This document shows, one piece after another, positions 1-8,723 of a DNA stretch of 26,921 nucleotides. The stretch is taken from contig JBGCEP010000085.1 of the NCBI GenBank assembly GCA_045106415.1, positions 1 to 26,921 on the forward strand. The letters are read 5' to 3'. The position numbers were made by a program, and so were the translations under genes. The stretch's first letter is position 1, and each line of letters opens with the position of its first letter. Source of the DNA: Oligoflexales bacterium (GTDB lineage: Bacteria; Bdellovibrionota_B; Oligoflexia; Oligoflexales; Bog-1112). Below the pieces are notes generated by a model. That model did not search any database, was not told where the DNA came from, and worked only from the letters and a program-made list of their open reading frames with translations.

Positions 1-545
1 ATCATGAGGCCGCTTTTTTCTTAAGGTGGCTGCATCATTCTATAATGGCGAGCAGAGAATGCAGTTGTGAACAGCTCGGATTTAAATACATCTTTTGAAA
101 CTCAAGCCAGATCCTACATCACAAATAACTTCAAATTCTGAAGCTGAAGAAGATTCTAAATGAAACTTTAAACATTCAGATTGACGTGTAAGATTCACGT
201 TCTGGCCCAAGGAAGACCCTCTCTCGCCCGACCCCAATTCTGGTTTCTTGAGTCGTTGAACAGTCCATAAAAGCTTGAAGCTGCTCCCATGTATAACGTC
301 GGTGCTCGCCTGCTGTGTGATAAGAGGGAATCAATAGACTGCACCGACTTCATCTTCTCATAGTTGAGAGATAACCCCTAAATATTAAAGATGCTTTTCT
401 AATAGGAACACATGTCATGACAGAACCAGTCATTATTTTTATGAGGTTATACATTGCGATAAATGAAAAGATCAACATAAATCATTGAAAGATAGGTCTG
501 ATCTATTGAGAATAAAAATGAATGGATTTTAGAGCAGCTGCTGCA
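1..545 (-). mobile_element. Degenerate IS607-family element (copy 0): left end, broken tnpA, start of tnpB running off the window
   Basis: Bases 1-63 are about 89% identical (7 mismatches) to 24124-24186, the tnpA end and tnpB start of copy 4; the tnpB ATG is at 5-3. The stretch around 510-545 loosely resembles the reverse complement of the left end seen at 6947. The left boundary is approximate. Confidence 0.8.
22..418 (-). pseudogene. tnpA: IS607 serine-recombinase transposase pseudogene
   Basis: Manual minus-strand translation gives MTCVPIRKASLI..STMRR*, LIPSYHTAGEHRRYTWEQL (MerR-type HTH), a frameshifted RVSS-like motif, QNVNLTRQ..ICDVGSGLSFKR and FSARHY. It has several stops, frameshifts and an internal deletion. 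Confidence 0.8.
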
Positions 546-836
546 TCTCTAAAAATCATATTAAACTAAGACCAGCACAAAACTGACTCAGTAGCCAACA
601 ATAATTTAAGTTCAAAATATCTTCTCCCAAAAATATTATTATATTTTAACGTATAACTATCTAATTTTAAACAAAAAAACAGAAACAAAAAACTCTTTGA
701 AATTTTTCTTGTGATCATAAAAAAATATCCTATACTCGCTATTGAATCCAGAAGAATGGAACACAGCGGTTATCAATCACAGCTAATGACTTTGCTATTA
801 GAGTCAAAAAACATGTCTTTTGAAAGGGTTTTCGAA

Positions 837-1715
837 ATGAGCTCAGCACTTCTACGTATCCACTTCGTCATCTTCGTTTGGGGCATGACTGCAACTTTAG
901 GTAAGGTGATTACCGTAGACGCTGTTGCAATGACATGGATCAGAACAGTGATTGCGACACTGTCATTGATCGCCTTAAAAGGGACTTCTTTTCGACTCCC
1001 TAAAGCAAACTGGAAAGGTCTCCTAGCCATGGGTGTTACTGGTCTTGTTGTGTCTGCACACTGGATCACATTCTTCCACGCTATTAAAGTCTCTTCTGCA
1101 TCTCTAACTCTTATTTGCATGGCGACAACAGCTGTTTTCACCGCTATTTTAGACCCTGTTATCTCAAAAAAACCAATCAATCCAAGAGAAATAGGTCTTG
1201 GGATGATTGTCATACTGGCAATGGGGTTGATCTTTGGCGCTGAGGTCGCTGAGCACAGAGCAGGTCTGATGATCGGACTATTATCTGCAGCCTTAGCTTC
1301 ATTATTTACAATTATGAATAGTTTACTCGTCAAACGCTATGATACTTACGAAATTACAGTTGTTGAAATGAGTACAAGCGCAATTGTTTTAGGAGCTCTT
1401 TACTGCTCAACGAACCCTCTTCCTCAACCTACACCAAATGATTGGTTTTGGCTTTTCATGCTCGGAGCAATCTGCACAGCATGGGCATACCTTGTAAGTA
1501 TTGAAGCAATGCGTGAATTAACGCCATACACTGTAAATCTAGCAAACAATTTAGAACCCGTATACGGGATTATTATTGCACTTACATTCCTCGACGAAGA
1601 GCATGTCTCTGCTCGATTCTGGCTTGGCTCTATACTTATTTTTGGATCCATTCTGGTCGATGCTTTAAGCCGCCGAAAATCCACTCAAACTTCTTCCGCT
1701 ATAGCCTCACACTAA
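837..1715 (+). CDS. EamA/DMT family transporter
   Basis: About 10 hydrophobic helices in two EamA repeats, with HWITFFHAIK and NNLEPVYGII motifs. Start moved from 711 to ATG 837 (MSSALLRIHF), which has AAGGG upstream. Confidence 0.9.
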   Translation: MSSALLRIHFVIFVWGMTATLGKVITVDAVAMTWIRTVIATLSLIALKGTSFRLPKANWKGLLAMGVTGLVVSAHWITFFHAIKVSSASLTLICMATTAVFTAILDPVISKKPINPREIGLGMIVILAMGLIFGAEVAEHRAGLMIGLLSAALASLFTIMNSLLVKRYDTYEITVVEMSTSAIVLGALYCSTNPLPQPTPNDWFWLFMLGAICTAWAYLVSIEAMRELTPYTVNLANNLEPVYGIIIALTFLDEEHVSARFWLGSILIFGSILVDALSRRKSTQTSSAIASH

Positions 1716-1731
1716 ATTCCACACACTTTAT

Positions 1732-1771
1732 AAAAGCCTTTTTCTCTATCAAGAAAAAGGCTTTTCTCTTT
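1732..1771 (+). terminator. Intrinsic terminator
   Basis: AAAAGCCTTTTTCT-ctatca-AGAAAAAGGCTTTT inverted repeat with a T-rich tail, 16 nt after the EamA stop. Confidence 0.8.
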
Positions 1772-2094
1772 ATTTTTTGCAATGAATTATTTTGTAATTA
1801 TGTCATTTTTCTGAACGTTCTACATATCAAAAAAAACTCTTCATATCGTCTAAAACGATCTTTCAACTACTCAAACATAGCAACACTAAAAACCAGAGAT
1901 CAAATCATACCGCTGCGGGAAAACTCTGTGTTTCACCAGCGTGACAACTCTAAAAAAAAATCTTGCAAGAATTGAAATACTTTTATGATGCAGAATCATG
2001 AATGCTATGACTCAAACGGGTATGTCAAAAAAATAAGTAAAAATCTCTCCGGCAGGAGAATGACAGTAGCGCACTAAAAACCTAATTATTTCTG

Positions 2095-2123
2095 TTGCTG
2101 ACAAGGCTGGGTAAGCGTATAGC
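2095..2123 (+). promoter_or_regulatory. Putative sigma70 promoter in the IS607 left end
   Basis: TTGCTG-N17-TATAGC, 28 nt upstream of the tnpA ATG. The homologous site in copy 3 reads TTGCTG-N17-TATAAA. Confidence 0.5.
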
Positions 2124-2151
2124 ATCATCAGTTTTTTTGGTAGGGAAGGTT

Positions 2152-2320
2152 ATGCGTTTTATACCTACCGGCGAACAGCTTTTCTTTTAGGCGTTGCTAT
2201 CTCAACTCTTCGCAAATGGGATAAAGAAAAAACCTTAGAATCATCATACAAAACATCAGGTGGTTACCGCAGGTATGATTATCAAAATATTTTAAAATTT
2301 GTTGGTAAGAAACAACAGCC
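2152..2320 (+). pseudogene. tnpA: IS607 tnpA N-terminal HTH fragment
   Basis: MRFIPTGE, a frameshift, then AFLLGVAISTLRKWDKEKTLESSYKTSGGYRRYDY, the typical IS607 TnpA MerR-like HTH. The catalytic domain is absent. Confidence 0.85.
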
Positions 2321-2334
2321 TTTAAAAAGAATCC

Positions 2335-2467
2335 GCTTGTGGAGAAGAAAGCTCTGGCTTTTCTCATATGAGAAAAATGAAACTATCTCATTGAAGCAAA
2401 GATTTAATTTTAAATCTGTGTAGGTAGATTTAAGTAAATTTACAACAGCGGTTATCACGACTGTGAT
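2335..2467 (+). ncRNA. Predicted TnpB omega-RNA (scaffold to 2451 plus flanking guide), possibly 5'-truncated
   Basis: Conserved right-end block with hairpins TTTTCTC-ATAT-GAGAAAA and AAATCTGT-GTAG-GTAGATTT. TnpB omega-RNAs are known to derive from the element right end; expression is not shown. Confidence 0.55.
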
Positions 2468-2577
2468 ATTGCATTAGATGATTTTATTTACGCGTTAAGA
2501 GCTTTGAAAAGTTGATAAATCCAATTTTTAAAGCAATGTTTGACATCTATGGGTGTGTAAATAAAGCTTTGCCTTGC

Positions 2578-2754
2578 TATATCAATGCAGTGATAAATCT
2601 TAAGAGTCAGGCTGTGAGTTGCACGGTGACGCCTTATGGAGAGGAAAGCTCTGGCTTTTCCCGTATGGGAGAAGTGAAAATGGCCTCATTGAAACAAGAA
2701 AATGCCGTAAGAAATATCCAATTTGGACAGATTTTGATAGGTCTATTACAACGG
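2578..2754 (+). mobile_element. tnpB: Isolated right end of a second, diverged IS607 subfamily (copy 2): tnpB C-terminal tail and omega-RNA scaffold
   Basis: Encodes INAVINLKSQAVSCTVTPYGEESSG..VKMASLKQE, the TnpB tail after RuvC-III. It aligns with the other right ends and ends ACAACGG. It accounts for ORF 2512..2760. Confidence 0.8.
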
Positions 2755-2803
2755 ATATGATTTGGGATGAAATGTAAGACCTATATGTTGAACGGAGTGT
2801 GAG

Positions 2804-3490
2804 TTGAAAATGGAAATGTCTTTTGGAAATTTTTTACGTAAACCGAGTACGGTTTACGCTTGTCATGTCAGTTTGTTTGCAGCGCTTGCTGTGCTTACGA
2901 ATACAGTGGGTATTAAATTGTTTTTTTGGAATGGGCTGACTCTGCCTGTAAGTGTTTTTTTATTGCCGATAACTTTTTTATTAACAGATATTGTTTCAGA
3001 AGTTTATGGTGAAAATCATGCTTTTTTAATGGTGATGATGGGTTTTTTTGTAAATCTTATTATGCTTGGTTTCATTCTCATTGGTGTGAATCTCCCAGCT
3101 TCACCATTATATGCAGTTGCGCAAGCTTATGACCAAGTGTTTCAACCAGCGTGGAGACTTTTCTTTGCTTCAATGTGTGCTTATTTATTCGCACAAGCAC
3201 TTGATGTGAGGCTGTTTCATTTTTGGAAAAAAAAGACTAAAGGAAAACATTTATGGCTAAGGAATAATGGATCAACAATTGTATCTCAGCTTGTTGATTC
3301 GTTTACAGTGAATGTGATTTTTTTGTATCATAACCCATCTGTTTTTCAAGGTGATTTTTTGGATATTATGAATGTGACGTTGCATGTGTATGTTGTCAAG
3401 CTTGCTTTGGCTGTTTTAGATACTCCGTTTTGCTATCTTGGTGTCTGGAGTGTGCGTCGTTTGATTCACGAAAAGTCTGCTGAAGTGTGA
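2804..3490 (+). CDS. yhhQ: Queuosine precursor transporter (VUT family)
   Basis: PITFLLTDIVSEVYG and LWLRNNGSTIVSQLVDS motifs, about 6 TM helices. The start could be 2804, 2810 or 2816. Confidence 0.92.
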   Translation: MKMEMSFGNFLRKPSTVYACHVSLFAALAVLTNTVGIKLFFWNGLTLPVSVFLLPITFLLTDIVSEVYGENHAFLMVMMGFFVNLIMLGFILIGVNLPASPLYAVAQAYDQVFQPAWRLFFASMCAYLFAQALDVRLFHFWKKKTKGKHLWLRNNGSTIVSQLVDSFTVNVIFLYHNPSVFQGDFLDIMNVTLHVYVVKLALAVLDTPFCYLGVWSVRRLIHEKSAEV

Positions 3491-3500
3491 TGTGAATACT

Positions 3501-3549
3501 ATGAAGACCTTGAGTTATTTAAGTAACAAAAGGTCTTCATGTTTTTTTT
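3501..3549. terminator. Terminator hairpin between convergent genes
   Basis: ATGAAGACCTT...AAGGTCTTCAT followed by GTTTTTTTT. Confidence 0.75.
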
Positions 3550-4042
3550 AGATTCCGGTCTGAATTCCAAAAAGCAGAGCGACATAATGTGCAGTTGAAT
3601 CAGATAGAGTCGTGTTGTCTGGAGTGAATCGACGGTTGCCACTTTCAATAGAAACGGTTGCGCTGATAAATGGAACAAACCCCCTTTCAATACCAAATCC
3701 AATAGTATGGCCTGTGTGCTTCCCCCCTGTAGCACTTGATTGCATTAAAACATCAACGTATGCAAAAGGAGTGATCATAGGAACCATAGGTACCCAAGCT
3801 TGCATTTCTAATGCCACTTCAGATCCATTATCGGGGAGTTTGGTTGTTTTCCCACCTATTGCAAATGGAAGAAGGGGGAGAGGGTTCACCAAAATGCTTA
3901 AGCTCTGTACGTTCTGAGACTCATTGTTGCTTGAGCGGATTCCAAATTCGAGGCTGCCTTGAATGACAGCGAAAAGAGGTTGTGAAGCGATGCAGAAGGT
4001 GATGAAAAGTATTTTTTGCAAATAAAATTTTTCTTTGAGCAT
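3548..4042 (-). CDS. Exported hypothetical protein, possible small outer-membrane beta-barrel
   Basis: Signal peptide (..SQPLFA), amphipathic beta-strand pattern, C-terminal LLFGIQTGI, AAGGA RBS. Confidence 0.6.
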   Translation of the reverse strand: MLKEKFYLQKILFITFCIASQPLFAVIQGSLEFGIRSSNNESQNVQSLSILVNPLPLLPFAIGGKTTKLPDNGSEVALEMQAWVPMVPMITPFAYVDVLMQSSATGGKHTGHTIGFGIERGFVPFISATVSIESGNRRFTPDNTTLSDSTAHYVALLFGIQTGI

Positions 4043-4578
4043 AGATGATGTTCCTTGTTTTGTTTTTTGAAAATGTTGTTTTTATCATCGTATGTTCTTC
4101 TATATTGGTGGTCAAGAAAAGCTATATTTTTTGTGTTGGCTCGAGACCAGTGAAATTTTTCTCCAAAAAAAGGAAGCCCCCAATAAACGTTGACATCTAA
4201 TTGATCTTTCTTTGTCTGTGTTAAAGACGACATATAAGTTTTGCCATTTCTTGGGGACAAAGCCTTGCCATATGTCCATAAATGTTCAGAGTCATGCGCT
4301 TTTCTAAAGCCCCATAGCATAACGAGGTTTTGAAGAGATTTATTTTGATCTGATCTTCGGCAATGTAAACATCTTGCTGGTTTTCCAAATCTTTGATCTT
4401 TTTCGTCGACCCATTGGACTTGCCCATAGAGAATATGATGATTGATAGACAGGCGTATAATCATTGCAGGATGATATTCAGTTGAAGGGGCAAGCCAGTT
4501 TCCTTCTATTTCATGAGCAAAGGTGTGACAACTGTAGAAAGAAAAGAATATTGTAACCATCAGGTGAAATTTCATCAT
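3898..4578 (-). CDS. DUF2147 domain protein with an unusual C-terminal tail
   Basis: Signal peptide, IEGNW, CLHC, WTYGKALSPRNGKTY and GLPFFGEKFHWSR match the DUF2147 pattern. Start moved to ATG 4578. Confidence 0.8.
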   Translation of the reverse strand: MMKFHLMVTIFFSFYSCHTFAHEIEGNWLAPSTEYHPAMIIRLSINHHILYGQVQWVDEKDQRFGKPARCLHCRRSDQNKSLQNLVMLWGFRKAHDSEHLWTYGKALSPRNGKTYMSSLTQTKKDQLDVNVYWGLPFFGEKFHWSRANTKNIAFLDHQYRRTYDDKNNIFKKQNKEHHLCSKKNFICKKYFSSPSASLHNLFSLSFKAASNLESAQATMSLRTYRA

Positions 4579-4589
4579 GAAAAAACCTT

Positions 4590-5456
4590 TTACGGAGTGG
4601 TTAGAGACCCTGGGGGGAATTGAAAGCAATAAGGGTTATTAAAACCTCCTGAGATTCGAACGTGAGAGCCACGACAATTGACGATGCGCCCTAAGATATT
4701 TGATAAGTGATTTTCTTTAGGTGATCTTAGTTCGAGCTGAAATTGAGTTGGTGAAGGAAAAGGATCCAGAGACCCGAGAAGGGTCACTTGTCCAAGGCGG
4801 CTTTTGAGTTCTAAGGGTTCAAAACTTAAAGAACTGTTTTGAAGTAAAAGTTTGGTTCGCATGGGCTCAAATTTTAAAGGGCTTCCTCCAGGTATGTAAA
4901 TTTTCGGCTCTTTAATGCGTAATGACCCTTTTCCTTCTCCATGACTTATAAGAAGAACTCCTTTGAGTCGAGCGTTTAAGAAAGGCGCTTTAATAGGCAA
5001 AAAGTTGAATAAAGCAGAGTAATCTTGAAGGTCTTTAAGATAGGTGTTCAGAAAAATGACTTTGATATTCTCAAGTGTCTGAAATGAGAAGTTTTTCCAA
5101 ATGAGTTGATTTGTTTGTAAAATGAAACGCCCGCTATTGCTGAATTCAACTTCTATTGAAATAGGGATTTTAAATACAAAAATTTGAGAGAACGGACTTA
5201 TACTTACTCGTAAAGATTTTAATTCATAGTTCTGAGAAGTTTGGATATGCTTGAATTTAATTGTTTTTGCTTCAAATCCTAAAAGGTTGTGGGGTTTGAT
5301 GGATTTGATTTCAATGTGGCACTGGGAGCATGAGTCTTGGATGTGTGAGATAAGATAGTTTTGGAAAAAATCGGAAGAGATCAAAAACCTTATCGCGATA
5401 AGTTGAAAGATCATGATCCCAAAAAATCGAAAAATGTATCGTTTTAGATTCGCCAT
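4590..5456 (-). CDS. Membrane-anchored hypothetical protein, weakly GspN/AsmA-like
   Basis: Single N-terminal TM followed by a beta-rich domain, co-oriented and tightly spaced with the DUF2147 gene. The family call is by resemblance only. Confidence 0.5.
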   Translation of the reverse strand: MANLKRYIFRFFGIMIFQLIAIRFLISSDFFQNYLISHIQDSCSQCHIEIKSIKPHNLLGFEAKTIKFKHIQTSQNYELKSLRVSISPFSQIFVFKIPISIEVEFSNSGRFILQTNQLIWKNFSFQTLENIKVIFLNTYLKDLQDYSALFNFLPIKAPFLNARLKGVLLISHGEGKGSLRIKEPKIYIPGGSPLKFEPMRTKLLLQNSSLSFEPLELKSRLGQVTLLGSLDPFPSPTQFQLELRSPKENHLSNILGRIVNCRGSHVRISGGFNNPYCFQFPPGSLTTP

Positions 5457-5574
5457 ATGATATGAATTTCCTTGCCTTGAAGATGAAGGCCGCTAAATTC
5501 TTTGATGTTCTATAATTGCATAGAATTTATACTATGCCAGTTAGTGAAAAACAAGTTGTAGAGGTTTGTGTTTT

Positions 5575-6915
5575 ATGCAGCATATGAGTGTCCTAGATTT
5601 ATTTTCTGTTGGTCCTGGCCCCTCGAGTTCCCATACTGTTGGCCCGATGAAAGCCGCTCGCATCTTTGCCTCTGAACTTTCTCATGTGGATTTTATTCAA
5701 GTGAATCTTTTTGGGTCACTAGCTCTTACGGGAAAAAGCCATGGCACGGATCTCGGAATCTGTATGGGATTGGAAGGAGAGCTCCCAGAGGAACTGGATG
5801 TGGATCAAGCTCCAAAAAGACTTGAGAAAATATTGTCGTCAAAAAAAATCAGTCTTTTGGGTCAAAGAGAAATTCTTTTTTCTTTAAAATGGAATCGTAG
5901 AGTTTCCCTCCCTGAGCACCCAAATGGTATGGAGTTTGAGGCGTTGCTTGATGGACAAAGAGTTCATCATGCCGTGTATTTTTCTATAGGAGGGGGTTTT
6001 GTTGCAAAAAGAGGAGAATCTCTTCAAATTGATGATATCCATCATAATTACCGTTTTCGTAACGGCGCTGATTTATTAAATATTTGCCAGAAAAACCAAT
6101 GTCGCATTGAAGATGTGATGTTGAAAAATGAAGAGTTCTTTCGGGTTCAAAAAGAGACATACAAGCAACTCTTAGCTCGTTGGGATGCAATGAAGTCTGC
6201 TGTCGAAAAAGGTCTTCGTACAGAAGGGATTTTACCTGGAGGTCTTAAACTCAGAAGAAGAGCTTTTGATTTGCAAAAAGCATATACCTTAAAAGAAAAG
6301 AGCGGTGATCATGGTCTTTTTTTAGATCGTATTAATATGTATGCTTTAGCCTTATCAGAAGAAAATGCTGCAGGTGGCCGAGTTGTTACAGCTCCGACTA
6401 ATGGTGCGGCTGGGGTTTTGCCTGCGGTTTTATATGAATATGTCACAACGGAAAAGCCTGATGATTTAGAAGAATGTGTTGTTCGTTTCTTATTGGTGAG
6501 CGGTGCGATAGGCCTTCTTTACAAATGGAACGCTTCGATCTCAGGAGCGGAAGTGGGTTGTCAAGGGGAGGTTGGTGTGGCTTGTTCTATGGCTGCTGCT
6601 GGACTCGCAGCTCTTTATGGGGGTACGCCTGAGCAAATTGAAAATGCTGCCGAAATTGGTATGGAGCACAACCTTGGTTTGACGTGTGATCCTGTTGGAG
6701 GGCTGGTTCAAGTGCCTTGTATTGAAAGAAATGCTATGGGAGCTGTAAAGGCTATGAATGCAGCTCGAATTGCAATGCAGGGGGATGGGCAACATGTTGT
6801 TTCTTTAGATCAGGTTATAGCAACCATGCGGCAAACAGGAGCAGATATGAAAACGCGATACAAAGAGACTTCTCGAGGAGGCCTTGCTGTAAAGGTAAAC
6901 TTACCAGAGTGCTGA
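5575..6915 (+). CDS. sdaA: L-serine ammonia-lyase, Fe-S dependent, single chain
   Basis: GPGPSSSHTVGPM, GSLALTG, VTAPTNGAAG, SGAEVGCQGEVG and LGLTCDPVGGLVQVPCIERN motifs. Confidence 0.97.
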   Translation: MQHMSVLDLFSVGPGPSSSHTVGPMKAARIFASELSHVDFIQVNLFGSLALTGKSHGTDLGICMGLEGELPEELDVDQAPKRLEKILSSKKISLLGQREILFSLKWNRRVSLPEHPNGMEFEALLDGQRVHHAVYFSIGGGFVAKRGESLQIDDIHHNYRFRNGADLLNICQKNQCRIEDVMLKNEEFFRVQKETYKQLLARWDAMKSAVEKGLRTEGILPGGLKLRRRAFDLQKAYTLKEKSGDHGLFLDRINMYALALSEENAAGGRVVTAPTNGAAGVLPAVLYEYVTTEKPDDLEECVVRFLLVSGAIGLLYKWNASISGAEVGCQGEVGVACSMAAAGLAALYGGTPEQIENAAEIGMEHNLGLTCDPVGGLVQVPCIERNAMGAVKAMNAARIAMQGDGQHVVSLDQVIATMRQTGADMKTRYKETSRGGLAVKVNLPEC

Positions 6916-6983
6916 CCTCTGAAAAGGAGTTGTATTTGCTGTTCATGGCTGACAGCAGCACGCTAAAAACCTAATTATTTCTG

Positions 6984-7012
6984 TTGCTGACAAGGCTGGA
7001 TAGGCATATAAA
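6984..7012 (+). promoter_or_regulatory. Putative sigma70 promoter in the IS607 left end
   Basis: TTGCTG-N17-TATAAA. Confidence 0.55.
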
Positions 7013-7036
7013 ATCATCAGGTTTGTTGGTGGGTGA

Positions 7037-7830
7037 AAAGAGTCTTTCCGCGTTGATAATGGAGCTTTGACGAAAGGTGCTCAAGCACTTTCTGTTGATA
7101 GGAAGAAAGTCCGTATTCCACGGATTGGTTGGGTTCGAATGAGGGAAAAGCTCAGCTTTGAGAGACAGGTCAAATCTGGAGCAATGAGCCTTATTGCAGG
7201 ACAATGGTTTATAAGCTTAAGCGTATAAACACCTGAAGTCGACATACAATACAGACCTGAAAACCAAGAGAATGTTGTTGGTGTTGATTTAGGAATTTCG
7301 AGTTTAGCCACACCACTCTAGTGGTGAGGTTTTTTATGTCCTCTCGGCCGTACCGAGCAGCTTTAAAAAATCTGCAAAGACTTCAACGTATCTGCAGTCG
7401 CCGCAAAAAGGCTCTTGCAACAGACGAGAAATCAAAGAGAGACATGCAAAGATGTCATGCTCGCATCGCTCGCATACGCCAAGACACCTTCCATAAACTC
7501 ACGTGTCACCTTACTGAGGTTTATGGTTGTATTGCTATTGAGGATCTTCACGTTAAAGGAATGATGAAGAACTCAAGATTAGCAAGGTCTATAGCAGATA
7601 TGGGTTTTTATGAGTTCAGAAGACAACTCGAATACAAAGCGAAGATGAAAGGGTCTCAGGTCGTGATTATAGACCGTTTCTTTCCTTCAACAAAGCTGTG
7701 CTCGGAGTGTTTGACTCGACATGACATTTAACTGCCTCAAAGATTTTGGAAATGTGCAAAATCTTCTTCGCAGCATGATAGAGGTATCAACGCTGCTTTA
7801 AATTTAAAGATGGATCCGAGCTGCGCGGTG
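7037..7830 (+). pseudogene. tnpB: TnpB RNA-guided nuclease pseudogene
   Basis: VRIPRIGWVRM, RuvC-I VGVDLG (D at 7286), RuvC-II IAIEDL, zinc finger CSEC, RuvC-III DRGINA (D to G at 7783). Stops at 7226 and 7729, a frameshift near 7315, and no N-terminus. Confidence 0.93.
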
Positions 7831-7966
7831 TCAGTTTGTGGAGAAGAAAGCTCTGGTTTTTCTCATATGAGAAAAGTGAAACTATCTTTGTTGAAGCAAA
7901 AATTTAATTTTAAATCTGCGTAGGTAGATTTAAGTAAATTCACAACAGCGTTATGTGAGCTTTTTG
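7800..7966 (+). ncRNA. Predicted TnpB omega-RNA (scaffold to 7950 plus guide)
   Basis: Same two hairpins as in copies 1 and 4. The 5' limit is a guess. Confidence 0.55.
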
Positions 7967-7986
7967 TCAAAAGATTAGATATGATT

Positions 7987-8310
7987 TTACGTGTTTTTTT
8001 TCCGACAAACTAACATATACGTATCTGAAGATAATGGGACAAGTAAAACACGATTATAGATGAGGTTTTTACAGTTTAAATCAACTCCATGACCATAATC
8101 CTGTCTTCCCGGGAATCCTGATGTGGAGAAATCAATAGATTGAATGAGGCCTTTTGGTTTTGAGCTGATCACAATATCAAAACCGTCATTTTCTTGTATG
8201 ATATTCGTGTTGTCGAACTCAAAAACAGAAGGCCGCATAGGGCTTGAATAAACATCGTGTCCTTGTGTTATTGTTGTTGTATCAATTCCTAGTTCCCATA
8301 CAGTAATCAT
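7987..8310 (-). CDS. Hypothetical protein
   Basis: 107-aa ORF with an AAGAGG RBS and no recognisable motif. Confidence 0.55.
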   Translation of the reverse strand: MITVWELGIDTTTITQGHDVYSSPMRPSVFEFDNTNIIQENDGFDIVISSKPKGLIQSIDFSTSGFPGRQDYGHGVDLNCKNLIYNRVLLVPLSSDTYMLVCRKKNT

Positions 8311-8679
8311 AAAACCTCTTTTTCTTCATAAATGATTAAACATAAAAAATTATGGTGGCAGTAATAAATATTCAAAAAACATTGAATAAATGATACTTTG
8401 TTGTATATTTTTGATATTCAGATTCAATAAAAATTGAAATACAGTATGAGATTTTCAATCGATTATATGAAATATGTTTTCATGGCAAAGTGAGAGAGTC
8501 AATGGGGATAAATACGTAAATCTGTTTGAATAGTGTTTCTTTTTCTTAAGTCATCTCTTCCAATTCATGGAATTTTTTTCTTATGTTTTCACCGCGGTTA
8601 ACTAAGTGACTTGCGAAACATGATGTTTTTTTCATATTTTGAATTTTTTAAAATCAATGACTACCATTGTTTATGAAGC

Positions 8680-8721
8680 TCATCGCGGATAAGAATTGAA
8701 AAATAAATTTATCCGCGATGA
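8680..8721. terminator. Hairpin at the 3' end of the reductase operon
   Basis: TCATCGCGGATAA...TTATCCGCGATGA, 13-bp arms directly after stop 8724. The loop is long and there is no strong U tail. Confidence 0.55.
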
Positions 8722-8723
8722 TT

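Larger units (their letters stand above)
2061..2451 (+). mobile_element. Internally deleted non-autonomous IS607 derivative (copy 1, about 390 bp)
   Basis: 2061-2145 matches the left end at 6950-7035. A tnpA 5' fragment follows, joined at about 2320-2335 to a right end nearly identical to 7834-7950, ending ACAACAGCGG. Confidence 0.88.
6947..7950 (+). mobile_element. IS607-family derivative (copy 3): left end, tnpB 3' two-thirds, right end; tnpA deleted
   Basis: Starts GGCTGACAGCAGCACGCTAAAAACC (shared with copy 1) and ends TCACAACAGCG. The deletion junction is at about 7036, just before where the tnpA ATG lies in copy 1. Confidence 0.9.

Noticed and set aside
1876..1950. Group I intron (IStron) core or an extra left-end fragment (CACTAAAAACC, CTGCGGGAAA)
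   Set aside because: Only short isolated matches. No P7-forming R/S elements were found, and the elements lie between genes.
2452..2470. Omega-RNA guides targeting other sites within this window
   Set aside because: By eye, none of the four flanking guide sequences has a second long match in the window; a computed search is still needed.
7321..7731. TnpB ORFs 7321..7731 and 23567..23980 as domesticated nuclease-dead TnpB (TldR-like) regulators
   Set aside because: Catalytic residues are altered, but both copies also carry stops and large deletions of RNA-binding regions (plus a frameshift in copy 3), which fits decay rather than domestication.
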